Below, piece by piece: positions 15,972 through 25,438 of a DNA stretch of 36,189 nucleotides. How positions within the stretch are numbered: position 1 is the first letter of the stretch; each line of letters opens with the position of its first letter. The notes under the pieces are model-generated. The model ran no database searches and was not told the origin of the DNA. It saw nothing but the letters and a program-made list of their open reading frames with translations. A program made the position numbers and the translations under genes. The stretch comes from a virus: the IMG/VR virus record IMGVR_UViG_3300045988_129036, positions 1 to 36,189 of that record; one strand, given 5' to 3'.

Positions 15972-16712
15972 ATGACCATTCAGTTTAAGGACGCTACCGG
16001 ATTCAAAGAGACCGAGGACGGCAGCGGCATTTTTGAAGGCTACGCGTCGGTTTTCGGCAACGTCGATAGCTACGGTGACAAGGTGATGCCCGGTGCGTTC
16101 ACTAAGTCTCTGGCTAAGTCGTTCCCGAACGACGGTGCGGGTATCCCGTGTTATTGGAGTCACCGCATGGACGACCCGGAATTTATTCTAGGCAAGACGA
16201 TTAGCGCGGTTGAGGATGAGCACGGTCTCAAGGTTCGCGTGAGCCTGGATCTGGATAATCCCAAGGCGGCGGCGGCGTACCGTGCGTTGAAGGCGGGCGC
16301 GGTGAATCAAATGTCGTTCGCCTATGAGGTGGTTGATAGCCACTTCGTGCCTGAGAAGGGCGCGAAATTCGGCGGCGTGAACGAACTTCGAGAACTGAAT
16401 ATCTTTGAAGTCTCCGTAGTGCAGATTGGTGCGAACACCGCTACGAGCATCGACATGGTAAAATCGGCTATGAAGAACGACGATTCGGTTTCTGTTTCTA
16501 CCCCAGGCGCTATCGAGCGGCTGGAAGAAGCCGTAGAAATTCTTCGTAATATTATTGATTCCGCAAACTCTGATAGTAGCGGTGAGGAGCTGGATACGGC
16601 GGGTGACTCTGAGGAGCTGGAAACGGTCAAGGAGCAGACCCCCGCGCCGGTCAAGTCGCGCACGCTCTCAGATGAAGAGCGCGAATATTTCGAGAACATT
16701 TTCAAGAAGTAA
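15972..16712 (+). CDS. Prohead protease (HK97/S78-like).
   Basis: FEGYASVFGNVDSYGDKVMPGAFTKSL...H motif pattern. ATG 15972 follows gaggag. Confidence 0.75.
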   Translation: MTIQFKDATGFKETEDGSGIFEGYASVFGNVDSYGDKVMPGAFTKSLAKSFPNDGAGIPCYWSHRMDDPEFILGKTISAVEDEHGLKVRVSLDLDNPKAAAAYRALKAGAVNQMSFAYEVVDSHFVPEKGAKFGGVNELRELNIFEVSVVQIGANTATSIDMVKSAMKNDDSVSVSTPGAIERLEEAVEILRNIIDSANSDSSGEELDTAGDSEELETVKEQTPAPVKSRTLSDEEREYFENIFKK

Positions 16713-16722
16713 AGGAGTGGGT

Positions 16723-17964
16723 ATGTCTAAGACTATTCACGAGCGCCTGGCTGAGGTGCAGGAGAAGGGCGCGGCTATCCTGGATGCTGAGAAGCGCGGC
16801 GAGGATATCGACGTAGAAGAGCTGAACGCTCTCAAGTCTGAGGCCGTCGAGCTGAAGGCTAAGGCTGATTCAATCGAGGAAGCGAACACCCTGTTTAAGA
16901 GCATGGGCACCGCGCGCGAATCCGTGAAGGCGGCAGAGGTTGAGACCCCCGCCCCGGCTGGTTCGCTGGGTGAACAGGTTGCCGCCGCGTTCATGAAGTC
17001 CGGTACTCTTTCGGCTCTGGGTGCGCAGGTTCAGCACACCCGAGGAGAGTTCTACAGCTCTAAGGCACCGGGCGACCCCACTACCACCACTAACGCGGTT
17101 ACCGGTAACGGTCTGACCGTTGCGCTTACCGACGTAGACAAGAACGTCGTTAAGCCGTACATGCTCCCGTTCTCTATCTCTTCGTGGCTGTCGAGCGGTA
17201 CCCTGTCGGGTAACTCCCTGACTTATTTTGTCGCTAACGAGTGGACTTCTTCGAGTGGCCGCCCCGGCGTGGTTGGTGAGAACGGCAAGAAGCCCGGGGC
17301 GACCGCGCCCGCTTTCGAGACTAAGACCCTCCCGCTTCGCAAGATTGCGGGCTGGGTTGCACAGTCCGACGAAATGGCGGAAGATGCCGGTTTCCTGTCC
17401 TCGCTTATCAATGAGCAGCTTCTCGACGAGCTTAAGAAGGCAGAGGAAGAGCAGATTGTTTCTGGTACCGGTACCGGTAACGATTTGACCGGTATTCTCG
17501 CTACTCCGGGTATTTTCTCCGAGGCTGTAGCGACCACCGCCGCTAAGGACGTGCTGGAAAGCATGTACAAGGTTAAGACCAAGATTGAAGCGGCTTCCGG
17601 TATGTCGGTTGATGCGGTTATCGTGAATCCCGAGGATATCGCAGGTATTCGCCTGGCGACCGACTCCAACGGTCAGTATCTGTTTGGTGGCCCCGCGTAC
17701 GCACCGTATGGCAATGGCCCGTTTGTTGCAGACCTGAACGCGTTCGGTATGCCTATTTACGTGTCTAAGGCTGTACCGCCTAAGACCGTGCTGATCGGTA
17801 GCTCTAAGGGTGCTACCGTCTATCGCAAGGGCGGCGTACGCGTGGAAGTCTCTAACAATGTTAATGATGACTTCCTGTACAACCGCTTCCGCGTGCTGGC
17901 AGAAGAGCGTTTGCTGTTGGCTGTGAAGCAGCCGAAGGCGTTCGGCAAGCTCACCCTTAAGTAA
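16723..17964 (+). CDS. Major capsid protein, HK97 fold, with N-terminal coiled-coil delta domain.
   Basis: ATG 16723 follows aaggag. The N-terminal 110 aa are coiled-coil (scaffold-like). Position after the protease. Confidence 0.85.
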   Translation: MSKTIHERLAEVQEKGAAILDAEKRGEDIDVEELNALKSEAVELKAKADSIEEANTLFKSMGTARESVKAAEVETPAPAGSLGEQVAAAFMKSGTLSALGAQVQHTRGEFYSSKAPGDPTTTTNAVTGNGLTVALTDVDKNVVKPYMLPFSISSWLSSGTLSGNSLTYFVANEWTSSSGRPGVVGENGKKPGATAPAFETKTLPLRKIAGWVAQSDEMAEDAGFLSSLINEQLLDELKKAEEEQIVSGTGTGNDLTGILATPGIFSEAVATTAAKDVLESMYKVKTKIEAASGMSVDAVIVNPEDIAGIRLATDSNGQYLFGGPAYAPYGNGPFVADLNAFGMPIYVSKAVPPKTVLIGSSKGATVYRKGGVRVEVSNNVNDDFLYNRFRVLAEERLLLAVKQPKAFGKLTLK

Positions 17965-17994
17965 AACGATTATTCCTTTTGAGAGGGGGAAACA

Positions 17995-18498
17995 TTGCGT
18001 TATCCGTCGCTACACAATAATGTTCCGGTGAATCTTGATGAAGTCGCCGGGGAAATGGTGCGTGGCTATTGCGGTTGGCATGTTTCCCCCTCGCTGGATG
18101 AAACGTTTACGCTGGACGGCGCGGGCGGTAACCGGTTCCACCTCCCGAGTAACTACGTGGAGAACGTTTATTCTGTTTCGGTGGACGGCGTGCCAGTGAA
18201 CGGTTATTCGTTTTCAACGGATGGTTGGGTACAACTCCCGCAGGGCATGGTTACCCCTAAGAAGCCGGGCGCGGTTGTTGTGACCGTACGTCACGGCTGG
18301 GATTACGTCCCGGCGGTGCAGTCGGTTATCAAGAGCATTAGGCAGCGTTTGGAGATGGACTCTGGCAACGTCGTTTCACAGCGCGCCGGTACTCAGTACG
18401 TGGCGTATGGTTCGCGTGATGGTGAGTCCACCGGCGGCTATCTCTTGCAGACTGAACGCGCGGCGCTCGCGCCGTACAAGCTGGAGCAGGTGATCTAG
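17995..18498 (+). CDS. Head-tail connector / adaptor candidate.
   Basis: Gene order after MCP. TTG start follows gagagggggaaaca. Confidence 0.45.
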   Translation: MRYPSLHNNVPVNLDEVAGEMVRGYCGWHVSPSLDETFTLDGAGGNRFHLPSNYVENVYSVSVDGVPVNGYSFSTDGWVQLPQGMVTPKKPGAVVVTVRHGWDYVPAVQSVIKSIRQRLEMDSGNVVSQRAGTQYVAYGSRDGESTGGYLLQTERAALAPYKLEQVI

Positions 18499-18500
18499 CC

Positions 18501-18842
18501 ATGCTGTCGCTTGCACGGTATAGCACCCCGGCGGTGTTGATTCGCCGCCGCGCCGGTAAGGATTCGCGCGGCTTCCAGACGGTGACCGAGACACGCGAAA
18601 CCATCACGGCGTTTATGGACGCTCCGACCGTTTCCGAGGAGTCACCGGCTGGCAAGGCTGGCACACCGGACGTATTGGAGCACGTGCTCTATCTGGAGCC
18701 TGGCACACGGGTTAGCGCCCGTGACCGGGTGGAAATCGAAGGCTCATTCTTTGAGGTTATCGGTGTGGCACCTCCCATCAAGAACATTTTCACCGGGGCG
18801 GTCTTTCACACGGAATGTAAGGTTAGGCGAGTTGAAGCATGA
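18501..18842 (+). CDS. Head closure / head-tail joining protein candidate.
   Basis: Gene order. 113 aa. Confidence 0.45.
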   Translation: MLSLARYSTPAVLIRRRAGKDSRGFQTVTETRETITAFMDAPTVSEESPAGKAGTPDVLEHVLYLEPGTRVSARDRVEIEGSFFEVIGVAPPIKNIFTGAVFHTECKVRRVEA

Positions 18843-19093
18843 CACGCGACAAACTTGTTTTCAATGAGAAGGCGCTCCGTGCGCTTCGTAAAGACCCGGC
18901 GGTTATCCGTGACCTTGAGAAGCGGGCGCGGCGCATTGCAGCCGCCGCCGGTGGTGAAGCAATGGGCTACAAGGTCACGGTTTTGGAGCTTGAAGACCCG
19001 CGCGGCGCTGTCTCTGTCATGGCGACCGGACGCGCGGCAGCGCACAACCGGAAACATAATTCACTCATGAGGGCTATTGATGCTGGACGCTAA
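18839..19093 (+). CDS. Hypothetical head-tail protein.
   Basis: ATGA-coupled 84-aa ORF. Confidence 0.45.
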   Translation: MTRDKLVFNEKALRALRKDPAVIRDLEKRARRIAAAAGGEAMGYKVTVLELEDPRGAVSVMATGRAAAHNRKHNSLMRAIDAGR

Positions 19094-19499
19094 AATCTGG
19101 CGCGTTGATTCGCCGGTGACCGCGTGCTACGCCTATTTCTCAGGTCTGAATCTTAGCGCGACTATCGCCCGTGATGAGGAGCCGCCCGGCTGGGACGGCT
19201 CTACCCCGCTAGTGCTGATTCGGGACGGCGGCGGCAACCGGCAAGAGCTGAACCTCCGACATGGCCGCGTGACTATTGACGTTAGGCACCCTGAACCGGG
19301 CGGGGCATACGATTTAGCGGAAAAAATTCATGAGCTTTTTTGTCTCTGGGTTTTTACCGACGCGCCGGTTATTTTTGATCCGCATAATGTCGATTCGCCC
19401 GCCTATAATCCGTCCGATTCGCCCCGCGTACCGGCATATACTTTTACCGCTACAATTGCGGTAAAATCCGAGAATAAAATTAGCGCTAATAACATTTAG
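19077..19499 (+). CDS. Tail terminator / neck protein candidate.
   Basis: Gene order immediately upstream of the major tail protein. Confidence 0.4.
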   Translation: MMLDAKIWRVDSPVTACYAYFSGLNLSATIARDEEPPGWDGSTPLVLIRDGGGNRQELNLRHGRVTIDVRHPEPGGAYDLAEKIHELFCLWVFTDAPVIFDPHNVDSPAYNPSDSPRVPAYTFTATIAVKSENKISANNI

Positions 19500-19523
19500 T
19501 GCTTAAAGATTTGGAGATTAAAT

Positions 19524-20108
19524 ATGGCTCTTGATGCTACCTATGTTGCAAAGCCGATTAGCGTAACCGGCGGTATTAAGGTTGCCCCGCTGGACACCGC
19601 AACCCCTACTGATCCTACCTCTGTTCTGAACGCGGCTTTTAAGGAGCTGGGCTATGTCAATGAGGACGGTCTCAAGCTGTCTCATGACGCATCGGACGAT
19701 AAGGTTAAGGTCTGGGGCGGCGTTACTATCCGCACTATCCGCTCTGACTATTCCGCTACCATTACCGGTACTCTTCTTTCCACTCTCGACGTGAACGTTT
19801 TGAAGAATGTTTTTGGTGATTCTCAGGTTGCCGAAAAGTCCGGTTTTATCTCGATTAAGCATGACGCGACCGTTCCCCCGGAAAAGGTCTATGTTATCGA
19901 GACTAAGGACGCATCTAGCGGCGGCCGTAAGCGCTACATTGTGCCCAAGGGTCAGGTTTCGGTTTCCGGTGATGTGAATCTCTCTCACAAGGAGATTACC
20001 GGTTTTGAAATCACTATCGAGGCGCTGGCAGATAAGGACGGTGTTTGCTACTACGAGTTCATCGAGACCGCGCCCGCTAGCCCGGTTGCCGCTGTTGTAG
20101 GCGGCTAA
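19524..20108 (+). CDS. Major tail protein.
   Basis: About 190 aa with T-ending codon bias typical of high expression. Followed by a strong terminator. Position before the G/T chaperones. Confidence 0.7.
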   Translation: MALDATYVAKPISVTGGIKVAPLDTATPTDPTSVLNAAFKELGYVNEDGLKLSHDASDDKVKVWGGVTIRTIRSDYSATITGTLLSTLDVNVLKNVFGDSQVAEKSGFISIKHDATVPPEKVYVIETKDASSGGRKRYIVPKGQVSVSGDVNLSHKEITGFEITIEALADKDGVCYYEFIETAPASPVAAVVGG

Positions 20109-20122
20109 TCGTCTTTAGTTTT

Positions 20123-20180
20123 CCCCGCCCGCCCTTTTTTGTTCTGATTTTCGGGGCGGGCGCGGGGATACCCTTTTTTG
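20123..20180 (+). terminator. Intrinsic terminator: stem CCCCGCCCGCCC/GGGCGGGCGCGGGG followed by TTTTTT.
   Basis: Long GC stem plus a U tract 15 nt after the major-tail stop. Confidence 0.7.
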
Positions 20181-20214
20181 AAAATCAGACACTACAGATT
20201 GGAGAAAATCGAAC

Positions 20215-20538
20215 ATGGCAACTACTAAGAACCCCGCCGCTTCTCGCGCAGCACGTAACGCAGTCAAGGCTAAGAAGCGCGTACGCAAGCACGAAAAGAA
20301 GTACACCTTTAGCACTTTCGAGACTGATATCTTCGAGGGTGAGTTTAAGCTTCCTGTTATGCGACAGATGCCGCATACCTACGCCCTCGCCCTGAATAAC
20401 GGTGACTTTAGCGCGCTGTATTCCTGGCTGGAAGAAGTTGGGGTACCGTCTGAGGATATCGACGCTATTAAGTCGCTGGATAGCGAAGAATTCGAGGAAT
20501 TTTCTAAGGCATGGAATAACGGCGAACTGGGAAAGTAA
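20215..20538 (+). CDS. Tail assembly chaperone (gpG-like). Ends in the slippery heptamer G GGA AAG.
   Basis: Acidic 107 aa between the major tail protein and the tape measure. Last codons are ctg gga aag taa. Confidence 0.6.
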   Translation: MATTKNPAASRAARNAVKAKKRVRKHEKKYTFSTFETDIFEGEFKLPVMRQMPHTYALALNNGDFSALYSWLEEVGVPSEDIDAIKSLDSEEFEEFSKAWNNGELGK

Positions 20539-20603
20539 TAGCCTGTCTTAATTCTTTCTCCGAGCATGAAGACGAGGTACGCGCCCGGCTTCTAGAACTG
20601 GGT

Positions 20604-20924
20604 TTGAATTGGGACGGGAAAAGAACCGGTAAAAACAATTGGGCTAATATTCACGCGGCCATTAAAACCGCGCCGCCCGGCTCACCTCTGCATATTGCGC
20701 AGGATCCCGATAACTGGGTGTGGGGTTTGCCGTATTATGGCGAGCTTGTGAATATTTTTGACCTTTTGAGCATGGGCAACGCACAACGCACATTTGACCA
20801 AAAACAGGTCGATAAATGGACGCGCCGCCCGCGCCCCGGCGACATTAAGGATAATGAGGAAGTCATTACGGGCGACGTAATGACTATCGAAGAATACAAT
20901 AAGCTTTTTAATTCTGGGAATTAA
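20604..20924 (+). CDS. gpT-like ORF in the -1 frame relative to G. Probable C-terminal part of a G-T frameshift fusion.
   Basis: The ORF track places it in frame 0 where G is in frame 1. No ATG or GTG start. Poor RBS. Confidence 0.5.
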   Translation: MNWDGKRTGKNNWANIHAAIKTAPPGSPLHIAQDPDNWVWGLPYYGELVNIFDLLSMGNAQRTFDQKQVDKWTRRPRPGDIKDNEEVITGDVMTIEEYNKLFNSGN

Positions 20925-20947
20925 ATAGCGTATTTCATCTATGGAGG

Positions 20948-23900
20948 GTGGAAGTCTTGGCAGCAATCGAGCTAGCGACTAGTTATCTTACGCTTGCGGT
21001 GGAGACTTCCACCCTCTCAAAACAGGTTTCTAAGGCTCTTAGCGGTGTAGGCTCTATCGGTGCCCGCGCCGGTCGTGAGATTGGCGACGGCATGGCTAAG
21101 GGCTTCGAGCAGACTAAAAATATTGACGTTGAGGGTCTACGCGCGAAGGTTGAGAGTGCAGACCGCGCCCTAGCGCAGAGTGCGGACGTTATGGCACGCA
21201 AGCGCGCGGCCGCCGCGTCCACTATCAAGCAGGCGCAGGAAAGCGTTAGCGCGGCCATGTCTAAGACCGAGGCGGCTAATGCCCGCCTGGGTGCAGCTGA
21301 AAGCCGTCTTAGTGCGCTCCGTGCTAACGGTGGTAGTGCGGATGCTATCGCGCGTGCTGAGGCGGCGGTTCATAGCGCGCGTGCTAGTGTCTCGACGGCG
21401 ACTAGTGGGCAGATTGGTGCTGAACAGCGCCTTGTTAGCGCGCGTGAGAAGTACACGAGCATTTCGCGCGCGGCGGTCTCTCAGACTACGGCGCACGCTC
21501 AGGCTTTGCAGTCGGCTAAGGCTAATCTTAAGGACGCAGAGGCGGCGACCGGCGCGCTGGGTGGCGCGACCGAGCGCGCTACCGGGCGATTTGCCGGTTT
21601 CCGTAACGCTTTCTCCAAGTCGTTTAGCGGGCTTCGTGGCACCGTAGACAAGGAGATGCAGGCGGCGTTTAGCGGCGTGACCGCACAGGCAGAGCACGCC
21701 GGGCGTGAGAGCAGCGGCAAGTTTAAGAGCGCGTTTACGGGTACTATTGCCGCCGCCGGTGGTCTTTTTGCGGGCGTTGGTATTTTCAACGCGGGTAAGG
21801 ATGCGCTTTTCAAGGCGGGCGACCTGGAACAGTCCGTAGGTGCTGTGGACGCTGTGTTCAAGAATAGCGCGGATAAGATGCACGCGTACGCGGCCGCCGC
21901 GTCCGATACCGTGGGCATCTCCGAGAACGCCTATAACGAGCTGGCTAGTGTGCTTGGTGCAAGCTTGAAGAACGGCGGTACGTCGATTGACGAGCTAGGC
22001 GACAAGACTAACAGCCTTATCGGTCTGGGTGCCGACCTCGCGTCTCTGTACGGCGGCACTACGAAAGACGCGATTGATGCTATTTCGTCCGCTCTTCGTG
22101 GTGAAATGGATCCCATCGAGCGCTACGGTATTTCATTGAATGATGCCGCCTTGACCGCTAAGGGTCTTGAAATGGGTATCCAGAAGACCGGCGGCGCGTT
22201 TACGACTCAGCAGAAGCAGCTCATCACTCAAGCGCTGTTGTTCGAGCAGTCTAAGGATGCTCAGGGCAACTTTGCGAAGGAATCCGATACGTTCGCTCAT
22301 AAAATGCAGGTTGCTAACGCACGCCTGGAGGACATGAGTACCAAAATCGGCGGTGCCATTCTTCCGGTCGTCGTTAAAATTATGGACGTTTTCGGTAAGG
22401 CGCTTAGCCCAGTGCTGGATGAGGTGGGACGCGGGTTTACGGCGTTCGGCGCGGCCTGGAATGAATTTAATGGTGACATTACGAGCGCCGGTTTCCCCGG
22501 CTTTATGGAGGGCGCGGCATTTGTCGCGCGTAACCTCTGGGAAACGATTAAAAACGCTTTCCAGAATGGCATTATTCCGCTATTCCGTGACCATGTCATG
22601 CCTGTGCTGGATACCGTAGGTACGGCGTTCATGGACTTTTTCAAGGGCATTTACGGTTTTCAGGATTACGGCGAACCGGTCAGTGTTTTTAACCAAATCG
22701 GCGGCGCAATTCGCGATATCGGTAAATGGCTTATCGAAAACGTCGGTTTGTGGGCACCGTTTGCCGCCGGTATTACGGCAGCGTTCACCGCATGGAGCAC
22801 TTATCAAAAAACTATCACCCTGGTTAAGATTGCACAGGAGGCGCTAAACAAGGCATCGGCGGCATTTAGCAAGACTAACGTTATTCTGGTCGTTATCGGC
22901 TTGATTATCGGCGGTCTTGTCCTCGCATATAACAAAATCGGCTGGTTTAAAGATTTTGTAGACAGTGCTCTAAAGGTTATCGGTGACGTTTTTGTTTGGC
23001 TGTATGAAAATGCGGTAAAGCCCGCGTTTGAATGGATTGTCGAAGCAATTAAGGGCGTAATTGATTGGTGGAACACCTCATTTGTGCCCGCTTTCAATGA
23101 AGGCGTAAAAATTGTTGGCGACGTTTTCAACTGGCTGTATGAGAATGTTGTTAAGCCCGTATTTGAGGGCGTAAAGGGTGCTATTGAAGGCGTTGTTGAA
23201 TGGTGGAACAATTCGTTTGTTCCGGCGTTTGACGCGGGCGTTAAGGCTGTCGGTGCTGTTTTTGAATGGCTTTACAATAATGTTGTTCAGCCGGTTTGGA
23301 CGGCTATTAAAACCGTTATTGCGGTCGTTATTGCGGTTATTCTTACCATTTTTGATGGTTTGAAGGCTGTCGTTGAGAATGTTCTAGCACCTATTTTCAA
23401 GTGGCTGTATGAGAATATTATTATTCCGGTCTGGAATGGAATTAAGGACATTATTTCTGGTTTCCTGGACTGGTTTAATAACACTCTTGTTCCCGCCGTG
23501 AAAACCGTTATTGATATTCTGGGCAATATCTTTAATTGGCTCCGTGATAACGTCGTAACCCCCGTATGGAACGGCATTAAGGGCATTATTGATGGTGTCG
23601 TTCAGTGGTTCAATAACACGGTAGCGCCGCTATTCCAGACGGCATCTAATATCATTGGCGACATTTTCAATTGGCTGTGGAATAACGTTGTTAGCCCGGT
23701 GTGGGAAAACATTCGCCGTGGTATTGATATTGTCGTGCAGTGGTACAGCGGCGTTGTACAACCGCTTATTAAGTCGGTTACCGACGCTATCGGCTCCGTA
23801 TTCAAGTGGCTGTATGAGAATGTTGTTAATCCCGTCTGGGGTTCTATTCAGAATGTCATCAGGGCGTTTACAGACTATTTCAACGGGGTTATTTTCCCGG

Positions 23901-25438
23901 CGATTAAGGCGACTATTGACGCTATTTCGTCGGCGTTCCGCTGGCTGTTGGATAATGTGGTACGCCCGGTTTGGGACGGTATTCAGAGCGTTATTCGTGG
24001 CGTGTGGGAAAACGGCATTAAGCCCGTTTTCGACGCGCTAACTAATTTCGTTACCCGTACTATTCCCGACGCTTTCCGTAACGCGGTGGACGCTATCGGT
24101 AGGTTCTGGAACGGCATTGTTGATGTTGTGAAGAAGCCGGTTAAGTGGGTTTTGCAGACCGTCGTTAATGATGGTTTTATCCGTAACTTTAATAACCTTG
24201 CAGGCACTTTCAATATCGGTAAAATTCCTGAGATTAACCTCTCAGGTTGGGCAACCGGTGGTTACACCGGACGCGGCGGCAAGTACGAACCGGCGGGTAT
24301 CGTCCACCGTGACGAGTTCGTTATCCGCAAGGAAGCGCGGCAGCGTTTCGAGCGCGAGAATCCCGGCGTGCTGGATCACCTGAACCGCACGGGTGAGCTA
24401 CCGGCGGCCTCGCTGGTTGATGCTAGTGCCCCGCGCGTCGCTGAATCCTACGCCGCCCCGTTCGGTGTGCGTGATTCGTCGGTGCCCGGCTTCGATATTG
24501 GCGGCATGGTTGCAAGCGTCGTTAAGGCAGGCGTAGACACGGTGAACGCCGGTGTGAACGCGGTGCGTGAGCTTGCAGGTACCGCCGCCGGTAAGGTGCT
24601 GGACGTGGCTATCACCCCGGCTAAAAACCTCATCGCCGGTATCGCCGGTTTGTTCCCCGGTTACGCGGGTGACGTGGTGCGTGGCGGCGGCGACGCTATC
24701 CTAGACGGCGCTAAAAACTGGGTTGTCGAGAAGCTCAAGGGCAAGGACGAGCAAGGCAGGGACGCGGCAAGTGCGCACGCTGTGGCACCGTCCGGCGGCG
24801 GCGTGATGCGCTGGCGTGACACGGTTGTTCAGGCTCTTGGTATCGCTGGTCTACCCGCTACCGACGCTTATATCAATGCGTGGCTTTCGCAGATTCAGAG
24901 TGAATCTAACGGTGACCCGAACGTTACACAGAGCGGGTATATCGATATCAACACCATTACCGGCGATTTGGCTATGGGCCTTGTACAGGTCATCGGCGCG
25001 ACGTTCGCCGCGTTCCGTGACCCGTCGTTGCCTAATAACCGCCTAGACCCGCTGGCTAACCTGGTTGCCGGTATGCGCTACGCTACCGCCCGCTACGGTT
25101 TCGGTGGGCAGCTTGGCGTTATCGGTCATGGTCACGGCTACAGCGGCGGCGGTCTGGTGAATGGAAGCACCGCGTTTAAAAACGCGATTATTCCCTCTCT
25201 TTATGACCGAGGCGGTAAAATTAAGCAGGGCGTACAGGTGATTGACCATCGCCGGGCGACCCCTGATTACGTGCTCACTGATTCGCAGTGGAAGACCATG
25301 TATTCTATTGCGAATAATACCGCGTCGAGCACCACCAATAGCGGTATCACTATTGGCAACGTCTACGGCCTGGACGCTGTGGATGTGGCAGAGGAGATTA
25401 TGAAGCGGAAGCGTCGAGAGGAGCTACTGAGTGCTTGA
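20948..25438 (+). CDS. Tape measure protein (1496 aa). Has internal aromatic tandem repeats and a C-terminal SLT lytic transglycosylase domain.
   Basis: N-terminal coiled coil. About nine copies of the motif V.G.VF.WLYENVV.PVW.GIK. SLT motif LSQIQSESNGDPNV...AMGLVQV. Alternative TTG start at 20957. Confidence 0.9.
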   Translation: MEVLAAIELATSYLTLAVETSTLSKQVSKALSGVGSIGARAGREIGDGMAKGFEQTKNIDVEGLRAKVESADRALAQSADVMARKRAAAASTIKQAQESVSAAMSKTEAANARLGAAESRLSALRANGGSADAIARAEAAVHSARASVSTATSGQIGAEQRLVSAREKYTSISRAAVSQTTAHAQALQSAKANLKDAEAATGALGGATERATGRFAGFRNAFSKSFSGLRGTVDKEMQAAFSGVTAQAEHAGRESSGKFKSAFTGTIAAAGGLFAGVGIFNAGKDALFKAGDLEQSVGAVDAVFKNSADKMHAYAAAASDTVGISENAYNELASVLGASLKNGGTSIDELGDKTNSLIGLGADLASLYGGTTKDAIDAISSALRGEMDPIERYGISLNDAALTAKGLEMGIQKTGGAFTTQQKQLITQALLFEQSKDAQGNFAKESDTFAHKMQVANARLEDMSTKIGGAILPVVVKIMDVFGKALSPVLDEVGRGFTAFGAAWNEFNGDITSAGFPGFMEGAAFVARNLWETIKNAFQNGIIPLFRDHVMPVLDTVGTAFMDFFKGIYGFQDYGEPVSVFNQIGGAIRDIGKWLIENVGLWAPFAAGITAAFTAWSTYQKTITLVKIAQEALNKASAAFSKTNVILVVIGLIIGGLVLAYNKIGWFKDFVDSALKVIGDVFVWLYENAVKPAFEWIVEAIKGVIDWWNTSFVPAFNEGVKIVGDVFNWLYENVVKPVFEGVKGAIEGVVEWWNNSFVPAFDAGVKAVGAVFEWLYNNVVQPVWTAIKTVIAVVIAVILTIFDGLKAVVENVLAPIFKWLYENIIIPVWNGIKDIISGFLDWFNNTLVPAVKTVIDILGNIFNWLRDNVVTPVWNGIKGIIDGVVQWFNNTVAPLFQTASNIIGDIFNWLWNNVVSPVWENIRRGIDIVVQWYSGVVQPLIKSVTDAIGSVFKWLYENVVNPVWGSIQNVIRAFTDYFNGVIFPAIKATIDAISSAFRWLLDNVVRPVWDGIQSVIRGVWENGIKPVFDALTNFVTRTIPDAFRNAVDAIGRFWNGIVDVVKKPVKWVLQTVVNDGFIRNFNNLAGTFNIGKIPEINLSGWATGGYTGRGGKYEPAGIVHRDEFVIRKEARQRFERENPGVLDHLNRTGELPAASLVDASAPRVAESYAAPFGVRDSSVPGFDIGGMVASVVKAGVDTVNAGVNAVRELAGTAAGKVLDVAITPAKNLIAGIAGLFPGYAGDVVRGGGDAILDGAKNWVVEKLKGKDEQGRDAASAHAVAPSGGGVMRWRDTVVQALGIAGLPATDAYINAWLSQIQSESNGDPNVTQSGYIDINTITGDLAMGLVQVIGATFAAFRDPSLPNNRLDPLANLVAGMRYATARYGFGGQLGVIGHGHGYSGGGLVNGSTAFKNAIIPSLYDRGGKIKQGVQVIDHRRATPDYVLTDSQWKTMYSIANNTASSTTNSGITIGNVYGLDAVDVAEEIMKRKRREELLSA
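22960..24060 (+). repeat. Tandem coding repeats of about 114 bp within the TMP, about nine copies.
   Basis: Recurrent ttcaa(c/g)tggctgtatgagaatgttgt... DNA and FNWLYENVVKPV protein motifs. Confidence 0.7.

Noticed and set aside
21170-21918. Long - strand ORFs (237 aa and 139 aa) inside the tape measure gene.
   Set aside because: They lie antisense within a clearly coding, high-GC, Ala/Arg-rich region. Their composition is low-complexity (R/A/S/L-rich), typical of spurious antisense ORFs in GC-rich DNA. No RBS.
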